DNA of 59,064 nucleotides, the filler included. It is 3 parts of 3 records of this genome, joined end to end, with 100 filler letters (N's around TTAATTAATTAA, not from the genome) between each part and the next. Parts side by side here need not be neighbours in the genome. Positions count along the whole stretch, not along the records: positions 23,701 to 44,961 come from DRR723986_7701; 2 more parts are not named here. One strand, 5' to 3'. The translations under genes were made by a program, and so were the position numbers. Of the stretch, positions 23,701 through 35,301 are shown piece after piece; the stretch's first letter is position 1; the number at the start of each line of letters is the position of its first letter. Under the pieces are notes generated by a model, which made no database searches, was not told where the DNA came from, and saw only the letters and a program-made list of their open reading frames with translations.

Positions 23701-23792
23701 TATCCTTTTTTGCTTTTGACTCCATACTGGAGCAAAAGCGGATATACATATTCTATTATTAATGTTGAGAAATATGGGCAGCCTTAAAAGAA

Positions 23793-23818
23793 AAAACCCA
23801 GATCTAAGTCTGGGTTTT
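23793..23818. terminator. Terminator hairpin downstream of the VOC gene
   Basis: AAAACCCAGA-TCTAAG-TCTGGGTTTT. Confidence 0.7.
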
Positions 23819-23845
23819 ACGAATGTGTTGTTTCATAGTTGACTG

Positions 23846-24283
23846 TCAATAGTCATCATTGATTTCCAACCAAAGCCCATCAGGATCTTGGATGTAAATC
23901 TGGCGAATACCATCGACTCGGATGGTTACTTTGCCCTTTTCCCCAAGCCAGCTTTCAAATGGATAGTCTGTGCTTTCCAGTGTTTTTATGAAGGCATCCA
24001 TATCCTCCATGCTGAAACAAAGGTGGTTCACTTTAGAGATTTGAGTTGGGACATTTGCGGCTTCAATAATATGAAGAGCAGCTCCACTTCCTATATCATA
24101 CCAAGCATGAAGACCATCTTTGAAAGGTTCTTCAATTTCTTTCAGGCCAACTATTTTCTGATAAAACTCCTTGCTCTCCGCAAGATTGCTTACGTGAACA
24201 GCGATATGGTTGACTTTGATCTGTGCATAAGTACTCATGGTAATTCCTAGTAATAAAAAGGTAAATAAGGTCTTCATCTGCAT
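23846..24283 (-). CDS. Exported VOC/glyoxalase family protein
   Basis: Signal peptide; NHIAVHV, FY..IVGL, NHLCF and YIQDPDG.WLEI. Confidence 0.9.
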   Translation of the reverse strand: MQMKTLFTFLLLGITMSTYAQIKVNHIAVHVSNLAESKEFYQKIVGLKEIEEPFKDGLHAWYDIGSGAALHIIEAANVPTQISKVNHLCFSMEDMDAFIKTLESTDYPFESWLGEKGKVTIRVDGIRQIYIQDPDGLWLEINDDY

Positions 24284-24410
24284 TAGTGGGTTTTGGAAAG
24301 CTTAATGTTAATGGTTTTGGTCATGGATTGAAAATTAATTTTGATAATAAACAAGAAAGCACCCACCAAAGTGAGTGCTTTCCCAATTATGCATTCGATA
24401 ATACCAATCT

Positions 24411-26063
24411 TTATTCCTCCTCTTCTTCATGGAGGTCAGTTGCCATAGCAATTTTCTCTGCCTCATCAAACAACTTGATCGCTTGAAGGTAAACTTCATT
24501 GATGTCATTGACGACTTTGTAGAAAGCGCTGTCATCATAAAGCTGTCGACCTACATGAGCTTTTACCAAGATTTTAAGGTATTCTTTAGACTTATTGAAA
24601 TCAGCTGCGTCAAAGTCAACTTTATTCTTATTGCCATATTCTACCAATTGATTCAGCATCGCGTCACTTACGGTAAAGTCACTGTAATACTGCTCCACGG
24701 TCATATTCTCAAATTTGGCTTTGTTCTCATTTACATAATCCAGCACAAATTCCCTATTTGAATCTGAGTTGAAGAGTCTATTTACATAGGCCGAAGACAT
24801 GGTGGTGTCTAGAGGAACAAAGTAGTCAGGCATGATACCTCCACCGCCATAGACTGTACGTCCTTTCACTGTTTCGTATTTCAAGCTGTCATTGAACTTA
24901 ATACTATCAGCAGAGAAAAACTCTCCGTGTTTGAAACGATTCATGAAATCGCTTTCATAAGCTTCGTAATCAGATCCATAAGGTTTCTGAATAGATCTTC
25001 CCGAAGGAGTATAATACCGAGCTATCGTTAATCTTAATTCAGCACCATCAGACAAGTCAATAGGCATTTGTACCAAGCCTTTTCCAAATGATCTTCTACC
25101 TACAATCAAACCTCTGTCATTATCCTGAATCGCACCTGCAAGAATCTCAGACGCTGAAGCGGATCCTTCATTCACAAGTACGATTATTGGCCCTTCTTCA
25201 AATAGGCCTGGCTTGAAAGCAAAAGCTTTTTGGTTGTACTGGTCTACTTTTCCTTCTTGAGAAACGATCAAAGCTTTACCTCCCAATAGTTCATCAGCCA
25301 TATTAATCGCCGCTCCCATGTAACCTCCTGGATTGCCTTGAAGGTCAATGACCAATTTTTTCATCCCTTTTACTTTCAGGTCATAAAGAGCTTCTTTGAA
25401 CTCATCATAGGTAGTAGCAGCAAATCGGGTTACTTTGATATAGCCAATTTCATCGTTAACCATGTAAGATGCATTGATGCTATATTGAGGGATCTTATCA
25501 CGCGTAATTTTATATTCGATAAGGTCCTTTTGGTTTTTCCGCTTCATGTCCACCACTACAACGGAACCTTTCGGTCCACGTAGTTTTTCAAAGACATCTC
25601 TATTAGTAACTCCGACACCAGCCATCGTTTCTCCATCTACTCTGATGATTTGATCGCCAGATTGAATTCCTAAAGCTTCGGAAGGTCCACCAGTCAAGGG
25701 TGCCACCACATATATGGTATCTCGTATGATTCCAAATTCTACTCCAATTCCATCAAACTCTCCGTCAAGTTGTGATTGAACAATTGAAGCGTCTTTTGCA
25801 GGAATATAGCTGGTATGTGGATCCAAATGTTCCAACATTTTATTGATCCCATAATCTATTAATTCATTGGAATTGACACTGTCTACATAATCTCTGTTGA
25901 CGTACGTCATTATTTCCTGAAGCTTATAAAGTGCAGCCCTTAGGTCATTTTGATTTCCTTTTGGCTCAGCAAAAGTTGCCCCGATCCATATTCCAGCTGA
26001 AATGGCTAATGCCAAAATTATTGGAAGTCTGATTTGGGATTTAGTGTTTTTCGTCTCGCTCAC
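24411..26063 (-). CDS. S41 family carboxyl-terminal processing protease with PDZ domain
   Basis: LDPHT, FDGIGVEF, IDLQGNPGG, SASASEI (catalytic Ser), SFGKG (Lys) and ARYYTPSGR. Confidence 0.95.
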   Translation of the reverse strand: MSETKNTKSQIRLPIILALAISAGIWIGATFAEPKGNQNDLRAALYKLQEIMTYVNRDYVDSVNSNELIDYGINKMLEHLDPHTSYIPAKDASIVQSQLDGEFDGIGVEFGIIRDTIYVVAPLTGGPSEALGIQSGDQIIRVDGETMAGVGVTNRDVFEKLRGPKGSVVVVDMKRKNQKDLIEYKITRDKIPQYSINASYMVNDEIGYIKVTRFAATTYDEFKEALYDLKVKGMKKLVIDLQGNPGGYMGAAINMADELLGGKALIVSQEGKVDQYNQKAFAFKPGLFEEGPIIVLVNEGSASASEILAGAIQDNDRGLIVGRRSFGKGLVQMPIDLSDGAELRLTIARYYTPSGRSIQKPYGSDYEAYESDFMNRFKHGEFFSADSIKFNDSLKYETVKGRTVYGGGGIMPDYFVPLDTTMSSAYVNRLFNSDSNREFVLDYVNENKAKFENMTVEQYYSDFTVSDAMLNQLVEYGNKNKVDFDAADFNKSKEYLKILVKAHVGRQLYDDSAFYKVVNDINEVYLQAIKLFDEAEKIAMATDLHEEEEE

Positions 26064-26220
26064 GGCTTTCTCTTTCAGTTGGTTATATTTCTTTATTGTT
26101 AAGGTAAATTACCCATTTTCCCCCTCATTTCGAAGCGTCTTTTGATAAAGGTTACAAATGTTTATACGAGGGAAGTATATAATGGCTCAATTTATTCCCC
26201 TTTTTTCTGTTAAAAAAAAT

Positions 26221-26228
26221 TATTTTTG
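26221..26228 (+). promoter_or_regulatory. Bacteroidota -7 promoter element (TAnnTTTG)
   Basis: TATTTTTG just upstream of ATG 26233. Confidence 0.5.
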
Positions 26229-26232
26229 CAAC

Positions 26233-26991
26233 ATGCAAACAGAAGACGATTTCGAAAAGGCTCTGATAGGAGATTTAGTTTCTGAAAACTATGTCTTCGC
26301 ATCTGTGCTACATTATTTCGGAATTAGCTTTTATCAGTACCCAACGGAGTCGCTGGAAGTGGTTTGCAAAAAGCACAAGGTGCATTCCAGTCAGCTGATT
26401 ACAGAATTGGAATCTTGGGCGCAGCGCAAGGAGCCAACTACCGAAGAACTTTACTTGAACCCCATCGAAGTTTTAGTGGCTTATCTGAAGAAAAAGCACT
26501 ACTATTTCGTACGACAAGAATTACCTTTTCTTTCTAATATAATCTCTGGGATAGTTCCTGAGCCACAATTTACCGCTTTGATGTCAGATCTTAGGATTAT
26601 GTTCCCACTTTTTGTGGAGGATTTTATACATCATATCCATGAGGAGGAAAACAGGCTTTTCAAAAGAATCGAATTGCTTCAGGATATTGAGGAAAATCGA
26701 TTTTCGTTACAAGATGCCATCACTATTTTAGAGAGAGATCCGGTACATATGCTTGCCGACCAGCATGAAATTCACGATGACGAGATGGAGGGGATTCGAA
26801 AGTTGACCGCTGATTATTCCTTAGCTCCAGAGGCTCCGCTCACCATGAAGGTTCTTTACCACGAATTACAGAATTTCGAACAAGAACTTAGGATCCATGC
26901 AAAAATTGAAGACGAACTTCTTTTCCCTAAGGCGGTTGAACTAGAAAGAGAAGCTTTGCGCCAAATCAAGAAGAAAACTAGAAAAAACTAA
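26233..26991 (+). CDS. Iron-sulfur cluster repair di-iron (Ric/ScdA/YtfE-like) hemerythrin-domain protein
   Basis: ScdA_N-like N-terminus; ligands KH, HIHEEE..LF, H..H and HAKIEDELLFP. Confidence 0.82.
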   Translation: MQTEDDFEKALIGDLVSENYVFASVLHYFGISFYQYPTESLEVVCKKHKVHSSQLITELESWAQRKEPTTEELYLNPIEVLVAYLKKKHYYFVRQELPFLSNIISGIVPEPQFTALMSDLRIMFPLFVEDFIHHIHEEENRLFKRIELLQDIEENRFSLQDAITILERDPVHMLADQHEIHDDEMEGIRKLTADYSLAPEAPLTMKVLYHELQNFEQELRIHAKIEDELLFPKAVELEREALRQIKKKTRKN

Positions 26992-27404
26992 TGCCCAGAA
27001 TACTCGCAATTGATCTGGGAACCAAAAGAACCGGCCTGGCTGTTACCGATACTTTAAAAATGTTGGCTAATCCGCTCGAAACTATAGAAACTTCCACATT
27101 GCTCGATTACCTCAAAAGGTATTGCCAAAAAGAAGAGGTTGATACATTAGTTTTAGGCTATCCAACACGATTGAATGGTGAGCACAACGAAATGACCCCG
27201 AAAGTAATTACTATGAAGGACAGGCTTTCAAAGGCATTTCCCGATAAAAAAATAGAACTCGTCGATGAGCGGTTCACTTCTAAGATGGCCATGCAAAGTA
27301 TGATCACCATGGGAAGTAAAAAGAAAGACAGAAAAGAAAAGGCCGGAAACCTGGACAAGGTAAGTGCGGCAATTATTCTACAATCCTATTTAGAGAGACA
27401 ATGA
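26991..27404 (+). CDS. ruvX: Holliday junction resolvase-like / pre-16S rRNA nuclease RuvX (YqgF)
   Basis: RILAIDLGTKRTGLAVTD, VDERFTS and D..SA.IILQSYL. Confidence 0.96.
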   Translation: MPRILAIDLGTKRTGLAVTDTLKMLANPLETIETSTLLDYLKRYCQKEEVDTLVLGYPTRLNGEHNEMTPKVITMKDRLSKAFPDKKIELVDERFTSKMAMQSMITMGSKKKDRKEKAGNLDKVSAAIILQSYLERQ

Positions 27405-27955
27405 TTTACCCAATAGTTGCTTACGGTAACCCTATTCTGAAAAAAGAAGCTGAGGAAATTACCGAAGGAACCGAGCTCGATGAGCTTATCAAAAATATGT
27501 TTGCTACGATGGACAATGCCAGTGGCGTGGGTCTCGCAGCACCTCAAATCAATCAGGGAATTAGTCTATTTGTGATTGACAGTACATTAATGCTAGATGA
27601 GGATGATGAAGAAGTCGGGATTCGTCGGGCATTTATCAATCCAATTATATTGGATGAATATGGGGATGATTACAGCTTCGAAGAAGGCTGCTTGAGTATT
27701 CCCGAGGTTCGCGCAGAAATTACCCGCCCTGAGACCTTGACTATCGAGTATTACGATAAGAATTGGAATCTGAAAGAAGAAGAATTCACAGGAATGACCG
27801 CTCGGGTAATTCAACATGAATATGATCACCTAGAAGGAGTCCTTTTTATAGATTACCTAAAGGGTCTGAAAAAACGCTTGGTGAAATCCAAATTGATCGA
27901 CGTCAGCAAAGGCAAAATTTCCACAGATTACCGCATGATTTATCCTCTCAAATGA
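27401..27955 (+). CDS. def: Peptide deformylase
   Basis: GVGLAAPQ, EGCLSIP and QHEYDHL. Confidence 0.98.
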   Translation: MIYPIVAYGNPILKKEAEEITEGTELDELIKNMFATMDNASGVGLAAPQINQGISLFVIDSTLMLDEDDEEVGIRRAFINPIILDEYGDDYSFEEGCLSIPEVRAEITRPETLTIEYYDKNWNLKEEEFTGMTARVIQHEYDHLEGVLFIDYLKGLKKRLVKSKLIDVSKGKISTDYRMIYPLK

Positions 27956-28749
27956 TAAAATCTCCCCAACTCAACATAGCACTGGTACAGACGAAACTTT
28001 ATTGGAAAGATAAGGTGGCCAATCTGGCGATGCTGGAAGAGAAAATGTGGGAGATCGAGGATGGGGTTGATTTGATTATCCTGCCTGAGATGTTTCCTAC
28101 AGGGTTTAGTATGGATGCAGCTGAGCTGGCGGAGCCCATGAACCTGAATGTCTGCAAGTGGATGCGGCAGATGGCTTCACAAAAGAATGTCACAATCGCC
28201 GGAAGTGCGATCATCCAAGTGGATGGGAAATATTACAACCGCTTACTTTGGGTGAGTCCTGATGGAATGATTCAGCATTATGACAAGCGTCACCTTTTCC
28301 GTATGGCTGATGAAGATCAATCTTTTTCAGCAGGTGATAGATTGCCGATTTTTGAGTTGAAGGGCTGGAAAATCTGCCCTCAGGTTTGTTATGATTTACG
28401 ATTTCCTATTTGGTCTAGAAATAGAATGATCGATGGGCAGTTGGCTTACGATCTGATTTTTTATGTAGCGTCTTGGCCGGCAGCGAGAGTCTCGGCTTGG
28501 GATGCGCTGCTACCAGCGCGAGCTATTGAGAATTTAGCTTATTCAATAGGATTGAATAGGGTAGCAGAAGATGGAAATGGGATTCAGTATAACGGACATT
28601 CTGCCGCTTATGACTTCAAAGGAAATCCGCTTGAGTTCCTAGGGGAAGAAGAAAAAATCTCCATACTTTCTCTTGATAAAGCAGCTCTGGATTCGTATCG
28701 TGAAAAGTTTCCGGCTTGGATGGATTCCGATAATTTTTCAGTTCAATAA
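27952..28749 (+). CDS. Carbon-nitrogen hydrolase family omega-amidase (YafV-like)
   Basis: LPEMF, YDKRHLF and VCYDLRFP catalytic E-K-C triad; ARAIEN. Confidence 0.93.
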   Translation: MIKSPQLNIALVQTKLYWKDKVANLAMLEEKMWEIEDGVDLIILPEMFPTGFSMDAAELAEPMNLNVCKWMRQMASQKNVTIAGSAIIQVDGKYYNRLLWVSPDGMIQHYDKRHLFRMADEDQSFSAGDRLPIFELKGWKICPQVCYDLRFPIWSRNRMIDGQLAYDLIFYVASWPAARVSAWDALLPARAIENLAYSIGLNRVAEDGNGIQYNGHSAAYDFKGNPLEFLGEEEKISILSLDKAALDSYREKFPAWMDSDNFSVQ

Positions 28750-28882
28750 GCTAACTTCTTAAGGATTCTTACTTTACGTAAGTGGAATTTGAAACAAGGA
28801 TATTTTCCGTATTTTAGCCCCAATATTTTAAGACCCTGTTTCCTCTTTTTTCCAATCCAACTACAGTTTGAAGTGGAGCTGA

Positions 28883-31174
<2,292 letters not shown>

Positions 31175-31192
31175 TACAACAATAAAATTTGG

Positions 31193-31223
31193 AAAGCCAT
31201 CTGAGAAATCAGATGGCTTTTTT
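31193..31223 (+). terminator. Rho-independent terminator of icd
   Basis: AAAGCCATCTGA-GAAA-TCAGATGGCTTT followed by T-tract. Confidence 0.85.
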
Positions 31224-31339
31224 GCTTTACAGTCAACTGATATTTACTGTCTGTTTTGCCACTTAATCGCAAAAACATTACAGAGGTACATTGTCAAGAA
31301 ATTTTTAAGTAATATTTTCAAGCTTAACTTTTTAAAACA

Positions 31340-32086
31340 ATGCCAAAATCCATGATCAAAACTATACTTGTTGACGATGAGAAGCATGCAATAGAAACGC
31401 TTAAAATGCTTTTAGAGCAGCATTTTCCTCTAAAGTTTGATATCTGTGCGATGTGCAATTCAGTAGATCAGGCAATCCCAGCAATTCAAAAGCATGAGCC
31501 GGATTTAGTATTTTTGGACATACAGATGCCTCAAAAAAGCGGTTTTATGCTACTTGAGATATTTCCCCAACGTGATTTTGAAGTGGTATTTACTACGGCA
31601 CATAAGGATCACGCGCTTCCGGCATTTAAACATGCAGCTTTTGATTATTTACTTAAGCCTATTGATCCTGTAGAATTGCAAAAAACTATTGTTCGATTCG
31701 AGGAAAAAAGGAAGCCTAATTCCATTGAAGAAACCTTAGTGAGTATCAAACGACAAATTAGTTCTCACAATATCGTTGATCTAAATACCCAGGACACGGT
31801 AGAGTATGTGGATTTGAATGATATTCTATATCTCAAAGCGGATGGGAATTATACTGAATTTCACTTGGAAGGAGGAAAGAAATTGCTGCTTTCTAAACCG
31901 ATAGGACATTACAAAAAAAGGTTTGAGGAGAGTAATCTTTTTGTTCGAATCCATCATTCTTTCTTAGCAAACGCTACTAAATTTCTTCGCTATGACAAAA
32001 AAGAGGGATTTATGATGTTGAGAAATGGCGATAAAATTTCTGTTTCAGTCCGAAAGAGCTCTACGCTAACTAATGGATTTTATTAA
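31340..32086 (+). CDS. LytTR-family response regulator (REC plus LytTR)
   Basis: VDDE, FLDIQMP, TTAH, DYLLKP, ADGNYT, FVRIHHSF and VSVRK. Confidence 0.95.
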   Translation: MPKSMIKTILVDDEKHAIETLKMLLEQHFPLKFDICAMCNSVDQAIPAIQKHEPDLVFLDIQMPQKSGFMLLEIFPQRDFEVVFTTAHKDHALPAFKHAAFDYLLKPIDPVELQKTIVRFEEKRKPNSIEETLVSIKRQISSHNIVDLNTQDTVEYVDLNDILYLKADGNYTEFHLEGGKKLLLSKPIGHYKKRFEESNLFVRIHHSFLANATKFLRYDKKEGFMMLRNGDKISVSVRKSSTLTNGFY

Positions 32087-35063
32087 GATACTCTTCGTTG
32101 TTTTTTTACTGACTTTGAGTTTTACTTTTTCTACAGAAGCTCAGCAAATACCTTCGTTTAACCTTACCACAGCGGATGGCTTGCCAAACAATGCAATTCG
32201 ATCCCTGCTGGTAGACTCCAGAGGGATTTTGTGGGTCGGAACAGAAAATGGGGTGTCAAAGTTGGAGAGTGGAGTTTTTCAAAACTTTCATGAATCTGAG
32301 GGATTGGGCTTTAATAGCTGCTGGGCGATAGCAGAGGATAGTAATGGGAACATGTGGTTTGGTAGTTATGGGGGAGGTTTTTCGGTTTTTGACGGGAAAG
32401 AATTCCATGTGTTCACTGCAAAGAATGGTCTGGCCGATAATAGAATCCGTCATTTCTTTTCATATAAAAATATGATGCTAATAGGCACTGAAGACGGAAT
32501 TAGCATTGTTGATGTGGATACCTTTGAGATCTATTCGATCCCGGCAAGTATTCGTCAGAATGACTTGAATTTTACTTCAGGATTTTTTGAGATGGGGGAT
32601 AGGCTTTTTTATTCTACGTATAGAAATGGGAGCTATGAAATTATATGGGAAGATAAGGACCCTAAAATTCGAAAAGTTAATGAGTGGCTACCTATTTATT
32701 CTGTTTCTGTCCACAACGACAGTTTGCTACTCGCAGATAAAGGCTCAGTAAAGAAGATTGCTAAATCTGATTTTATCTCAGGAAAAACTCCCTCTCAAAC
32801 TTTTGGACAGTCAGTCGTATGGAAGAAAGTAGATGTCCTAAATGGGCGGAGTTATCTACTAGCAGCTAGTTTGTTTTCCAAAGATGGAGGTGTATTTCGA
32901 CTTGAAAATGATCGGATGGTCGACGCAAGTCAATGGTTTGGTGTTAGTTCAAAGTTTATTCTTAGTGGTGCCATAGACAAAAATCGAAATTTGTTGTACC
33001 TGGGGTCCCAAGATAAGGGCCTGTTTCAAATTCGTCTGGATGATATTATTGTTTATGAGGAATATGATGAGGCGGAAGTAAATGGAATTGCGGGAAGTGA
33101 AATTAAGCTGGGGCTCTTGAGTAATTTGGGATTGGAAATCAGAGACTCAAATGGTTCCAAAGTGAGGGTTGATCGAGGTGAATTTAAAAAGACCCAAGCT
33201 GATTTCTACAGAGATTTTCCTTCCAAAATCCCGCAACATATGGACGGTTTTTTTGAACTTGACCCAACTATATTACCAGAAGATATTGAGTTTTACCAAC
33301 TCCATTTTCAAGACAATTCCTACTGGATTAATACCAATATTGGAATCTTTCAGGTGGATTTGAATGGTCGATTTGTGACCTATTTGCCTGTTCATGCATT
33401 TAGTGTAGGTTTTACACCTGATGGGGAATTATTGGAAACAAACCCTTACGCAGGAGTTAGGATTTATTCCGATCCGAGAATCTTTGAATACACCTATTAT
33501 GAGCCTTCTATACCTTCCACTCCTTTGCAGATTTCAAAGGTAGCGACTGGGGAAAACCGTAGCTATTTGGCATCCGTTTTTCATGGCTTGTATCATTGGG
33601 ATGGCAATGGATTTTTTTCCTATAAAAATGAAGGTATCTGGGATGAGTCCAAATTCAAAACGCTTCACTACCTGAAAGAAGGAATGTTGTTGGCTGGGAC
33701 GGAGTTTGGAGATTTGTATCAAATTAGGACCAAACCTGAATTTGAAATAGTTAGGAAATGGCCAAATGAAGAGTTGCAGGGCAATTCGATCTTATTCATT
33801 GAATCTTATCAGGGTGTATTTTTGGTAGGAACGGAATTGGGTTTGCATATTTTAAGTGAAGGTGAGAATAGATTTTGGGCAGAGGGAATGGGCCAGTTTC
33901 AGCGAGTTTTCAAAAGTGCTAATAGAGTAGAAGATAAGTTGTATATAGGCTTGGATCGTGGGTTCTTTAGGATTAATCTTCCTGATTTGCTTACCCAAAA
34001 ATATCCTGCAATTGAATTGGCTATAACAGATCTAAAAGTAAACAGCAAATCGATCAATGTTGAAGATTTTAAGTGGTTTGCATATCAAGGAGAAAACTTG
34101 ACTCTAAAATCCAATGAGAATTCTTTGTTAATTCGCTTCAAGCCAATAGGTAATTTTAATGGAGGGAAACTTCGATATCATTACAGAATCAAATCAAATG
34201 CGGATTGGTCTGAGTTTAATGATGAGCCACTAATAGAACTTCCTTTTTTACCTTTTGGCAATTATAAGTTGGAAGTGGAGGTCTGGGATTATTTGTCGGG
34301 GAAGATGACAAAGGTTTCTTTACTCGAGTTTTCGATAGCGAAGCCCTACTATCTCAGTGTTTGGTTTATTTGTTTAATGATTTTTTTGGTTGGAGGAGTG
34401 TTTTTCGCGATTTACAGAACTAGGCTTAAGAGAATCCAAACCCAATCTCAACTCAGGCAACGACTTACCGAGATCAAGTTGGAAGCCTTGCAATCCCAGA
34501 TGAATCCCCACTTTACCTTCAATGCCATTAATAGTATTCAATATTATATCCTGAAAAATGATACTGCCCAGGCTCTGAGTTTTTTAGGGAAATTCAGCAA
34601 GCTGATACGAATTACGCTGGAGCAAAGTAGTAAGTCACAGGTTTCTCTGGAGGAGGAGATCATCTACCTCACTCAATACATAGAAGTGGAAAATACCCGA
34701 ATGGATAATCGGGTGAAGTGGGAGATCAAAGGAGATGCATTGGATAGCCAAAAGGAGATTATGATTCCACCCATGTTGATTCAGCCTTTGGTGGAGAATG
34801 TATTTGTACATGCATTTCCGGCAGAGCATCCAAATCCTGAATTGACCATTCTTTATGAAATAATATCTACCAATCAGTTGAGGTGCACTGTTCGGGACAA
34901 CGGCGAGGGTATGGGGCTGGGTTCCGAAAAAAGTCATGAGTCCAAAGGACTCAAAATGATCCGTGAAAAGCTGAGCTTGCTTCCGGGCTATACCTCAGAA
35001 AGCATTGTGGTAGAATCCAGCAATCAAGGCTACGAAGTAAGGATAAAGATTTTTTGCAGTTAA
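32073..35063 (+). CDS. LytS-type sensor histidine kinase with a periplasmic beta-propeller and Y_Y_Y-like domain
   Basis: Signal peptide, GLPNNAIRSL..DSRG.LWVGT repeats, TM near residue 770, SQMNPHFTFNAINSIQ H-box, QPLVEN, VRDNGEG. Confidence 0.93.
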   Translation: MDFIKILFVVFLLTLSFTFSTEAQQIPSFNLTTADGLPNNAIRSLLVDSRGILWVGTENGVSKLESGVFQNFHESEGLGFNSCWAIAEDSNGNMWFGSYGGGFSVFDGKEFHVFTAKNGLADNRIRHFFSYKNMMLIGTEDGISIVDVDTFEIYSIPASIRQNDLNFTSGFFEMGDRLFYSTYRNGSYEIIWEDKDPKIRKVNEWLPIYSVSVHNDSLLLADKGSVKKIAKSDFISGKTPSQTFGQSVVWKKVDVLNGRSYLLAASLFSKDGGVFRLENDRMVDASQWFGVSSKFILSGAIDKNRNLLYLGSQDKGLFQIRLDDIIVYEEYDEAEVNGIAGSEIKLGLLSNLGLEIRDSNGSKVRVDRGEFKKTQADFYRDFPSKIPQHMDGFFELDPTILPEDIEFYQLHFQDNSYWINTNIGIFQVDLNGRFVTYLPVHAFSVGFTPDGELLETNPYAGVRIYSDPRIFEYTYYEPSIPSTPLQISKVATGENRSYLASVFHGLYHWDGNGFFSYKNEGIWDESKFKTLHYLKEGMLLAGTEFGDLYQIRTKPEFEIVRKWPNEELQGNSILFIESYQGVFLVGTELGLHILSEGENRFWAEGMGQFQRVFKSANRVEDKLYIGLDRGFFRINLPDLLTQKYPAIELAITDLKVNSKSINVEDFKWFAYQGENLTLKSNENSLLIRFKPIGNFNGGKLRYHYRIKSNADWSEFNDEPLIELPFLPFGNYKLEVEVWDYLSGKMTKVSLLEFSIAKPYYLSVWFICLMIFLVGGVFFAIYRTRLKRIQTQSQLRQRLTEIKLEALQSQMNPHFTFNAINSIQYYILKNDTAQALSFLGKFSKLIRITLEQSSKSQVSLEEEIIYLTQYIEVENTRMDNRVKWEIKGDALDSQKEIMIPPMLIQPLVENVFVHAFPAEHPNPELTILYEIISTNQLRCTVRDNGEGMGLGSEKSHESKGLKMIREKLSLLPGYTSESIVVESSNQGYEVRIKIFCS

Positions 35064-35154
35064 GAAGCTACAGTTATGAAGTGATTTGGGGCGGGGGTGA
35101 ATTGGGGCCATAAAGTTGTTTTTTGATGGCTACTTTCAAATAAAAAAAACAGCT

Positions 35155-35301
35155 ATGGGGATCTTATCAAAAATTATAAAAGCTATATCAGGCGATTCGC
35201 TTCATTTATACGAAGGTAAAGGTGGAAGCTATTTAAAAACTGGTGGTTCTAAATCAGGAAGAAAGGGTAGGACATTAAGATTTAGTTGGTGGAAAAAATG
35301 A
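35155..35301 (+). CDS. Putative 48-aa cationic amphipathic peptide
   Basis: ATG after an A-rich leader typical of Bacteroidota; stop overlaps the next start (ATGA). Confidence 0.55.
   Translation: MGILSKIIKAISGDSLHLYEGKGGSYLKTGGSKSGRKGRTLRFSWWKK

Noticed and set aside
23712-23739. Hairpin GCTTTTG-A-CTCCA-TAC-TGGAG-CAAAAGC at the start of contig B
   Set aside because: Context is cut by the contig end; cannot be distinguished from a terminator or REP-like remnant
31226-31251. TTTACAGTC/TTTACTGTC repeat upstream of the LytTR regulator
   Set aside because: Short, 17-bp period and a poor match to the repeat at 35057; not enough to call an autoregulatory site
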